From assembly GCF_004010195.1 (NCBI RefSeq), contig NC_057718.1:55955162-55975161 (forward strand): a DNA stretch of 20,000 nt, read 5' to 3'. Shown in pieces: positions 10,597 through 20,000 of the stretch (the first letter of the stretch is position 1; every line of letters starts with the position of its first letter). A program made the translations under genes and the position numbers. The notes under the pieces are model-generated. The model saw only the letters and a list, made by a program, of their open reading frames with translations. It did not search any database and was not told the origin of the DNA. Source of the stretch: Chiloscyllium plagiosum (Eukaryota).

Positions 10597-10826
10597 TGAA
10601 ATAACTGCACAGAGGTTGATATCCTGTTACCAAGTCACCCTTTATTTACGTGCACGCAGTACATGGGCTCTGACCAGCCAGTTCACAGCAAGTCCCTGAA
10701 CTGAGAGGACCTTCTGAATCTCCTGTTTACATCTGTCAGCCAGGGTCCCCTTAGCCCAGGATAACAACCCCAATCAAGGATCTCGCAGTCAATGAGATCT
10801 ACCTGGCTCTGATTCCTATCACTACA
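10597..10826 (-). repeat. 5' LTR of the Gypsy element, 230 bp
   Basis: TG...CA termini, AATAAA on the - strand (tttatt at 10641-10646), followed by PBS TGGTGACGAG. Similar to 7299-7388. Confidence 0.88.
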
Positions 10827-11986
10827 CTTCCCAATCATATCACACCTAGAAAGAGGAAATACAACAACAACACACCATTTATGAAAAGTCCTTATCACTG
10901 AACCTAACACTTGTAACCACAACTTTGACATTGACACTGCACATAATTTAGAGGCAAATATGGAGTTGTGATCATCACATAGTGAATCACCGTGCTACAG
11001 CGAGTCCAAGGGTAAGAAATATTTGTGTGTCAGCTCATTGGAAGATTGGAGCGCAAACGAGTTCTGCTCCAGTGGACTGGAGATGGCAGCATACAGGAGA
11101 ATGCTAATAAGGATGCATACTTAAATGTCTGCCAAAGTCAGTGTCAAGGAACATGGAGGAGTCTGACTTTAACTTGTCAGAGTACGCCATAGACAGTTGT
11201 TTCCTCTGAAACCTCTGCTGCACCTTTCTATCGCCACTGACCCAAAAACATTGCAGCTGCAGCGTTATATGTTTTGAAGTTTTGTGTGGGCAGATTACAA
11301 ATCCTTTGCCTTCCATGCAATGATGCAGTAACACTTCCTGCCAAAATCAGGAACTCACCACTATACTTCCAAGAACATTCTACAGTACTTATAGTGACTT
11401 TACAAGAGCAAAGGTTATTCAGAATTGCCTTCCCTGTAATGTGAATGTTTGATCCTGCAAATAATCTAATTGCTAAATCCCAATTGCAAGTGGATCTATG
11501 TTATTTAATGAATGACAAGCAAATGTGTTGAGTCAATCCACATGGCCCAAGTCTGCAAACAGTTCATCAAGTCTGCCAGTTGGGCTTTTTGAAGTCATAA
11601 CAGCCCTAGTTCAGAGGTTTCTGGTGTTTGCATGGGATGCACATCCAAACACCCTTTCTAGGATGGGATGCTAATCTAGAAATGCCTGTTGGAGCAGCAC
11701 ATCCAACTCAGCCTCAGTTTTGCTGTATTGTCTCCAGCAACACTGCAATTTCAGCCCCAGGGTCTTAATTCCTGTTTGCAACATCTCAAGAGAATGGCTA
11801 CTTATTTAATTACTGCAGACAAAAATAACAATTAAGCAGCTGAGATGTGAGTTCCATGGCAGACGCACATTTCTCCATTAACAGAGCTCAAGAAAAAATT
11901 GTCAAGCTACAGTATTTACCTCTGAACTAAAAATATGTATGAATGCATTACTTATTTACTATCTAATTTATATCTCTCATTTATAG

Positions 11987-12145
<159 letters not shown>

Positions 12146-12787
12146 TAAGATTAATTTTTAGATTTTTAATTGTCTTTGAAAGAATATGTTTATCCTAATG
12201 AATACACATTACTTTAAAAACTCTTCTAATGTTTAACATTAACATGTGTTTAATTCTATTAGTAGATTCACTTCGTTTCTATTAAGTCTGTTTGCAATCT
12301 ATGCTTAATAAGATTTGTTTGCAAGACCAATAAAAACTAATCATCCGTGTCCACCTAGAGGACATTTATTTGATTTTATTTAAATCTCGAATAGTGTTAC
12401 ATTTTGCTTGCACTTTACAATGTAGTGCTAACTGTCAGGAAGGTGGACATATTTAACTGAATATAGAGCTTCTAGAACTAGAATTAGAACACCGCCTCTC
12501 CCCACTCCCAACCATCAATTTCTTCCCCAATCTTTCACCATAATGATGTTAATTAGTTCAATATAGTCACTTTTAACCCTAAAAAACATCCCTAGTGCCC
12601 TGATTCATTCCTTTTAGCACTGGTGCCTAATATCATTTATCAATTGAGGTGCCAATGCTGTTTCCTAGAAGGCAAGAATTATCTCCACATCAGTGCTTAG
12701 AAGTGTACACAATATCAATGTTGGGTAGTTGTATTCAACAGCACTTAACAGCTCTGGCATTTTATGTCTGATTGTATTTTCATTAAT

Positions 12788-14413
12788 TAGAGTCATAGAG
12801 ATATACAGCACGGAAACAGACCCTTTGGTCCAACCTGTCCATGCCGACCAGATATCCGAACCAAATCTAGTCCCAACTGCCAGCACCCGGCCCATATCCC
12901 CCCAAACCCTTCCTATTCATATACCCATCCAGATGCCTTTTAAATGTTGCAGTTGTACTAGCCTTCACCACTTCCTCTGGCAGCTCATTCCATACATGTA
13001 CCACCCTCCGCGTGAAAACGTTGCCCCTCAGGTCTCTTTTATATCTTTCCCCTCTCACCCTAAACCTATGTCCTCTAGTTCTGTACTCCCCGGCCCCAGG
13101 GAAAAAGATTTTGTTTATTTATCCTATCCATGCCCCTCATGATTTTATAAACCTCTATAAAGGTCACCCCTCAGCCTCTAATACTCCAGGGAAAACAGCC
13201 CTAGCCTATTCAACCTCTCCCTATAGCTCAAATCCTCCAATTCTGGCAACATCCTTGTAAATCTTTTCTGAACCCTTTCAAGTTTCACAACATCTTTACG
13301 ATAGGAAGGAGACCAGAATTGCACGCAATATTCCAACAGTGGCCTAACCAATGTCCTGTACAGCCACAACATGACCTCCCAACTCCTGTACTCAATACTC
13401 TGACCAATAAAAGAAAGCATACCAAATGACTTCTTCACTATCCTATCTACCTGCGACTCTACTTTCAAGGAGCTCTAACTTGCACCCCAAGGTCTCTTTG
13501 TTCAGCAACACTCCCCTAAGACCTGCTAAGATTTGCTTTCCCAAAATGCAGCACCTCACATTTATCTAAAATAACTCCATCTGTCACTTCTCAGCCCATT
13601 GGCCAATCTGATCAAGATCCTGTTATAATCAGAGGTAACCTTCTTCGCTGTCCACTATATCTCCAGTTTTGGTGTCATTTGCAAACTTACTAACCATGCC
13701 TCTTATAGTCGCATCCAAATCATTTATATAAATGATGAAAAGTAGTGGACCCAGCACCAATCTTTGTGGCACTCCACTGGTCACAGGCCTCCAGTCTGAA
13801 AAACAACCCTCCACCATCATCATCTGCCTTCTACCTTTGAGCCAGTTCTGTGTCCAAATGGCTAGTTCTCCCTGTATTCCGTGAGATCTAACCTTGCTAA
13901 CCAGTCTCCCAAGGGGAACCTTGTCAAGCGCCTTACTGAAGTCCATATAGATTACATCTGCTGCTCTGCCCTCATCAATCCACTTTGTTACTTCTTCAAA
14001 AAACTCAATCAAGTTTGTGAGACATGATTTCCCACGCACAAAGCCATGTTGACTAACCCTAATCAGTCCTTGCCTTTTCAAATACATGTACGACCTGTCC
14101 CTCAGGATTCCTTCCAACAAATTGCCCACCACCATCATCAGGCTCACTGGTCTATAGTTCCCTGGCTTGTCCTTACCAACTTTCTTAAACAGTGGTACCA
14201 CGTTAGCCAACCCCCAGTCTTCCGGCACCTCACCTGTGACTATCAATGATACAAATATCTCAATAAGAGGCCCAGAAATCACTTCCCTAGCTTCCCACAG
14301 AGTTCTAGGTTACACCTGATCAGGTCCTGGGGATGTATCCACTTTTTTGCATTTCAAATCATCTAGCACTTCCTCCTCTGTAATATGGACATTTTTAAAG
14401 ATGTCACCATCTA
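12788..14413 (-). mobile_element. CR1-clade LINE (shark HER1-like), 5'-truncated; RT domain and 3' tail
   Basis: ORFs 13629-14282 (GNYRPVSL, QHGF..GKSCLTNL, YMDFSKALDKV, SGVPQ..VLGPLLF..YINDL, SKFANDTK), 13178-13468 (LVRPLLEYCVQFWSP) and 12867-13058 (FTRRVVHVWNELP). Tail ...tctctatgactcta. Confidence 0.95.
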
Positions 14414-15301
14414 ATTGTTCTGTTTTGATGTATGTTGGTGTCAGGTTATTTGCAATCCTTTAGTGTTTGTGGTCAATCTATCACATCTCCCAAACGTATT
14501 TCTAGAAGCAATTAGTATAATTAATAGCTATTATTTTAATCCTTGCCACTTTAATTTAAAATTCTGTAAATTTATTTGTTTTCCCCAAATATGGTTATAA
14601 ACTCTTTTCACAATTTTTAAAATTAATTCAATTAGAACTTGATTACTACCTATGGCTCTCAATCTTGAGATTTCTTGACATTTTCTACCTTTTTCCTGCA
14701 TTCCTCTTTAATTTAATAATATGTAAAACATGTAGATTTTCAAACTTAATGTAATTTTAGCTGGCAATTATGAATTTCGGTTTATTTTGTTGACCTAGAA
14801 TAATGGCATTTTTTTTATGAATTGGAACACCAAAATTAAATTTCTTCTGAGAAGCCCAAATAGATTTTTCTTGGACAGTAAATACAGACCTGGAGAGCAG
14901 GCATAAATGCGAACATCGCTATTGTTCCAGATCTGTTTCAAAACTATTTCCTCATCATTTTTGAAGCGGCGTTCAGTGGTTTCCTCAAGGATCCTGCTCT
15001 TCAGACAATTGTTCCTTGTACAAATGGGTGGTGCATGCTCTAATCATACTGTGAACATTTATCTCATAGACTTATAGATGTTACAACACAGAAGGAGGCA
15101 ATTTAACCCATCTTGTCCACCCAGTCAACAAATCTGACAATACTAATTAAATTTTCCAGCTCATAGCCCATAACCCTGGAGGCTTTGGCAACACATTCAC
15201 CAATTCAGGCAGTGAGTTTCAGACTCCCACCACTCTGGGTGAAATATTTCTCCTCAACTCCCCATTTAACTCTTAATATATATCTATGCCTGTTGGTTAT
15301 T

Positions 15302-15636
15302 GATTAGATTAGATTAGATTAGATTAGATTACTTACAGTGTGGAAATAGGCCCTTCGGCCCAACAAGTCCACACCGACCCTCTGAACCGCAACCCACCCA
15401 GACCCATTCCTCTATATTTACCCCTTCACTTAACACAATGGGCAATTAAGCATGGCCAATTCACCTAACCTGCACATCTTTGGATTGTGCGAGGAAACCG
15501 GAGCCCCAGAGGAAACTCACGCAGACACAGGGAGAATGTGCAAACTCCACACAGACAGTTGCCTGAGGCGGGCATTGAACCCAGGTCTCTAGCACTATGA
15601 GGCAGCAGTGCTAACCACTGTGCCACAGTGCCGCCC
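15302..15636 (-). mobile_element. Full-length HE1/V-SINE-like tRNA-derived SINE with (TCTAA)n tail
   Basis: A box TGGCACAGTGG, B box GGTTCAATGCC, V-SINE-like core GGAGTTTGCACATTCTCCC, (gatta)n repeat at 15302-15331. Confidence 0.9.
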
Positions 15637-15908
15637 AAACAAGTCCACACCGACCGTCCGAAGAGTAACCCACCCAGACCCATTCCCCTACCTTATACTT
15701 ACCCAACACCATGGGAAATTTAGCACAGCCAATTCACCTAACCTGAACATCTTAGATTGTGGGAGGAAACTAGAGTACCCAGAGGAAACCCTCGCAAACA
15801 TGGGAAGAATGTACAAACTCCACACAGACAGTCACCCAAGGTGGGAATCGAACCCGGGTCCCTGGCATTGTGAGGCAACAATGCTAACCACTGAGCCATT
15901 ACCTCGTC
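15637..15908 (-). mobile_element. Second HE1/V-SINE-like SINE, tail-truncated and head-to-tail with the first
   Basis: A box TGGCTCAGTGG, B box GGTTCGATTCC. Aligns along its length to 15362-15630. Confidence 0.88.
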
Positions 15909-16190
15909 CTTTTTATTTTAATTGACCCCTCTATTAATGGAAACAGTATTTTCCTATCGACTCTTTCTTATACCCTTCATTATCGTGTACACTTCAATCA
16001 GATTCCATTCAAACTACGCTGCTCAAAAAAAAACAGTCCCAGCCTATCCAATCTTTCTCATAACCCAACCACCAGCCTACGTAAAGCCTGATAAATCTCT
16101 TCTGAATATGTAATCACATCCTTCCTGTAATATGTTGACCAGAACTGCTAGCGGTAATCTAGTTGTGGCCTAACTATGTTTTATACAGTT

Positions 16191-16525
16191 ATAGAGTCAC
16201 AGAGAAAGTGAGGACTGCAGATGCTGGAGAGCCAGAGACGAAAAATGTGGTGCTGGAAAAAGCACAAAAGGTCAGGCAGCATCCGAGGAGAGGAGAGTCA
16301 ACGTTTCGGGCATAAACCCTTCATCAGAGTCATAGTTACAGCATAGAAACAGACCCTTTGGTCCTACTCGTCCATGCTGACCAAGTTACCCAAACTAAAC
16401 TAGTCCCACTTTCCTGTGTTTGGCCCATAACACCCTAAAAATTTCCTATTCATATATTTGTCCAAATATCTTTTAAATGGTGTAACTGTACCTGCATCTA
16501 CCATTTTCCTCTGGAAGTTCATTAC
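16191..16525 (-). mobile_element. Short CR1 3'-end fragment of the same family as 12788, interrupted by a Penelope fragment
   Basis: 16326-16525 aligns to 12790-13000 (gaaacagaccctttggtcc...ctagtccca...ttcctattcatata). Confidence 0.8.
16204..16327 (-). mobile_element. Penelope-like terminal-repeat fragment ending at a hammerhead core (16297-16327)
   Basis: Minus strand CUGAUGA A GGGU UUAU GCCC GAAAC GUU GAC. Homologous to 8156-8260 and 9480-9600. Confidence 0.8.
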
Positions 16526-17993
16526 ACACCTGAACCATCCCAGTTCAAATAGATCTTCCCTAATCTTGTCTCTAAGCACTTGCCAGGGTCTTACCTTCCA
16601 TAGTGTAATCCCTGCCTTTTTACCCTTCCCCTCTCCAAGTGCACTATCTCCTACTTCTCCAAGTTGAATTCTATTTGCCACTGCTTTGCCCAGCTGACCA
16701 GTCCATTGATATCCTCCAGTTTACAGCTATCCTGTTCACCATTTACCAGTTTTCGTGTCGGAAATGAACTTCTTGATCATACCTCGTACTTTTAAGTCCA
16801 AATCATTAATGTACACGATAAGCAGGAAGGGTCCCAGCATGAGCCCTGAGCAATTCCACTGGAAACAGACATACCAATCACATAAACATCCTTCTACTAT
16901 CACTCTGTCACTCTGCTTTGTGTCTCTCAGCCAGTTTTGGATCAAACAAGCCACTTTGCTTTTATTGAGCAGTCATGAGGGACCTTGTCAAAGCCTTGTT
17001 AAAGTCCATATGGATCACAACAAATACATTACCCTCATTGACACTCCTGGTTACTTCTTCAAAAAAGTTGATCAGACATGATCTTTCCTTACCAAATCTA
17101 TGCTGATTATCCATGATTAATCTATGCTTCTCCAACTACCAATAAATTGTGTCACTCAGACTTTTTTCTAATAATTTCCACACCACTGAAGTTAGCCTGG
17201 CTGGGCTGTAGGTTTCTTTTCTATTCCTTCCTCTCATTTAAATAATGCAACAACATTAGCAGTCCTCTAGTCCTGTGGCACCTCATTCTTGGACAGAGAG
17301 GATCTGAAGATTACCGTCAGGACCCCTGATATCTCCTCCCTTGCTTCTCTCAACAGCTTAAGATACAACTCATTTTATCCTGGCCTCCAAATTTATCCAC
17401 TTTTAAGGCTGCTTAATCCACTAATATATCCTTTCCCTTATTTCAGTTTCTTCTAATATTTCACAGTCCTCCACCCTGGTGTCTATTGTTGTGCTGTTGT
17501 ACATAAACATTATATGTGAGACTTATTAAATATGCATGTAGAAATATCTCTTATGTTCTGTCGTCTTTGAGCATCCACTGTGGACACCTTGCTTCCTTGC
17601 TATTCTTGATTGCCAGATATTTCATAAATGGGACAATCAACAGATGAATATAGCATCAATGGTGCAAATGTACCCCTTTCTTAAGTCAGCACGTGAAATT
17701 CATGAGACTCAGGAAAAATATAGACATTACAACCAGTATTGAAAGCTCCAGTAAGAAACCTACTTTTCCATACCTAGCCAGCTAAAGCTGACATTAATTT
17801 ATATCACAAGTTACAATAACAATGCAGGAAACATAAATTTCAGTCTGGGGATCATTAACATAAATGCACAGAAACCACCATGAATACCATCGGTTTCAAA
17901 GTTTTATATGTGATTTTGTTAATGCAATTGTTAGTCTAACCTGGACAAATTAAAATGATCAAATTATTTGCTATTTACTGTAAAACTGATTGA

Positions 17994-18161
<168 letters not shown>

Positions 18162-19653
18162 TAAAGTCCATTGCAATGATATTTGAAAATGTAGTCCATC
18201 TATCCAAAAAAAAGACGGCTATTAAAATTCTGTGTCGGATTGAAATTCATCTTCAGTTGACGAGGTTTGAACTATCTTGCATAGAAAATTTCATTGTGAT
18301 ATCATAAATTATTGCCTCCTATTAAATTATCGCATTTTTAACAAGACAAAACTTAAACTAAAATTCACAGGGCAAAGGGTTAAGAATAAGTTAAAAATAA
18401 ATAGATTCTGCTTCGTGTCTGTTTACAATGCAAAAAATGTAATAGTTCAATTCCAAGTTTCATGAAATTGCAACATTGAGTTGTTGCAAAACTGAATGTG
18501 ATAAGTATTGCCAATTAATGGTAGTACTGTGTTTGAAATGTGCTGATTTGGTAAAAAGTAATTGAAAAGATTTGGGGTAGAGTGCTCTGTCTTTGATGTT
18601 AGGGAAGGTTTGAGACTAAAGGTAAGGACACTAATTCGAAAATGGAGTTACAATGGAATTAAAAATTTTAATCAAGAGAGGGAAATATCTCATCAGACAT
18701 TCAGGGCATGGAGTATTGCAGCTGTCATCAATTTAACAATGACTCACATCTTCATCTCTCTGGATGGTCAGAGACCAGATTATAACACAAGATGTGTGCT
18801 AGGAACCCAGGGAAATCCTAACACAGTAGGATTTGCCTGAGAAATTTGAATTTCCAATGGCAATTGTCTGGCTCTCTGGGACAAAAATTTAGAGTTAGAG
18901 ACATCTGACTTTCTTAATTGAATGTTTATTTCGGAAATATTAGAAAAATCCTCGTCTAAATCCTGGGAAACTGTACAACTGACCTCAGCAACTATACCTC
19001 ATCACCATCACTGACTCTCTCCTGAGCCAATCATATTACACCCCTCACTACAAAACAATGCCCCCATTACTGATTTTGCCACTCGACTAACCCCCTGACC
19101 CTCCTAACTACAGCCCACAACTAGTTCTGACTTCATCACCAAACTAAACATTTACCTGTCAATGCCTCCACCACCCCCAGGCTTCACCCTATTTTGATCT
19201 GACTTAACCTCAAGACCTGACTCCAATCTGCCTTGAATATTCTTACATATTCACTTTTATTCTGTGGTATACTTGACCTCACCTTGTCATGTCTGCACCA
19301 TCAAATAATTTCTCATGCCATTTATCCAGTGTTCTCTTCTGAAACACTTCCTAATATTCCCATCTATTCACCCTTTACCATTCATCCAGTGACTATTTTG
19401 CATTCTTCAGTTATGAGCTAACATGCTACCATCTCACCCAATGGCTGAGTCTGCAATAGATGCATGTAGTGCATTGTTTTGTGGCACTTTTTCAGGATCC
19501 AAAACATACATCCTGGGTCAAGAATATCTCAGTTGCAAGAGCTGAATTCTGTGTAGGCTACCACTATAGCTCCACTAAAGTTCAAGGATAGCTCCACAGG
19601 GAAGAACTTTAAAAAAAGAGTAAGTCTTTATAGTTGCACGAAGGTATCTTAAT

Positions 19654-20000
19654 GTTTTTGAAGAAGTAACAAAGAGGATTGATGAGGGCAGAGCAGTAGA
19701 TGTGATCTATATGGACTTCAGTAAGGCGCTTGACAAGGTTCCCCATGGGAGACTGGTTAGCAAGGTTAGATCTCACAGAATACAGGGAGAACTAGCCATT
19801 TGGATACAGAACTGGCTCAAAAGATAGAAGACAGAGGGTGGTGGTAGAGGGTTGTTTTTCAGACTGGAGGCCTGTGACCAGTGGAGTGCCACAAGGATCG
19901 GTGCTGGGTCCTCTACTTTTCAACATTTATATAAATGATTTGGATGTGAGCATAAGAAGTATAGTTAATAAGTTTGCAGATGACACCAAAATTGGAGGTG
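19654..20000 (+). mobile_element. CR1 LINE RT fragment, continuing past the window end
   Basis: FEEVTKRIDEGRAVDVIYMDFSKALDKVPHGRL...[29 protein letters not shown], with one frameshift near 19820. Closely similar reverse complement of ~13658-14004. Confidence 0.95.

Larger units (their letters stand above)
7299..10826 (-). mobile_element. Decayed, internally deleted Ty3/Gypsy LTR retrotransposon with three nested insertions
   Basis: 5' LTR 10597-10826 (TG...CA), PBS next to it, RT-RNaseH-integrase order on the - strand, polypurine tract at 7389-7395, partial 3' LTR 7299-7388. Confidence 0.9.
15065..17450 (-). mobile_element. Older, degenerate CR1 LINE split by later SINE, CR1 and Penelope insertions
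   Basis: 3' tail near 15065. Sequence is continuous across the SINE pair (ggttattga | attgacccct). RT remnant ORF 16736-16954 (LGPFLLIVYINDLD..MIKKFISDTK). Boundaries are approximate. Confidence 0.7.

Noticed and set aside
10980..11780. Slightly GC-richer intronic block, possibly an old transposon or conserved element
   Set aside because: No TIRs, TSDs, credible splice-phase fit or recognisable peptide. Exons 5577-5785 and 11987-12144 already join seamlessly.
13629..14282. 217-aa RT ORF as a functional or domesticated gene
   Set aside because: Catalytic FADD is FAND, the QG motif is altered, the copy is 5'-truncated and downstream frames are broken. It is a dead CR1 copy.
15302..15331. (GATTA)n array as CRISPR-like or telomeric repeat
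   Set aside because: Simple SINE 3' tail with no spacers, in a eukaryotic context.
15540..15908. tRNA genes suggested by A and B boxes
   Set aside because: These are SINE heads followed by the SINE core, with no complete cloverleaf.
18975..19290. C-rich low-complexity region with recurring ctgac/tgacc words
   Set aside because: No consistent period or unit could be defined.

Overview
Eukaryotic (vertebrate) genomic DNA, most likely from a cartilaginous fish, judged from HE1/V-SINE-like SINEs and shark-type CR1 and Penelope repeats recognised from memory. The window lies inside a + strand EML5/EML6-family gene (echinoderm microtubule-associated protein-like, WD40/TAPE repeats; closer to EML6). 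Four clear coding exons splice in frame (3345-3518, 5577-5785, 11987-12144, 18014-18128), and a candidate 21-nt microexon sits at 2913-2933. The introns hold nested transposon debris: a decayed Gypsy LTR element with three insertions, CR1 and Tx1/L1-type LINEs, tRNA-derived SINEs, a TA-flanked MITE and several Penelope-like fragments. Most notable observations: (1) the Gypsy primer-binding site extends into a ~52-nt copy of mature tRNA-Ser(GCU), with a G at the m1A58 position, fused almost directly to the middle of RT. (2) There are five minimal hammerhead-ribozyme motifs, with intact cores only on the strand antisense to the host gene. (3) An 82-bp perfect locally templated inverted copy is joined to a Penelope fragment. 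(4) A Penelope insertion has a twin-priming-like inversion and a 13-bp target-site duplication. All family assignments come from recalled sequences, not database searches.
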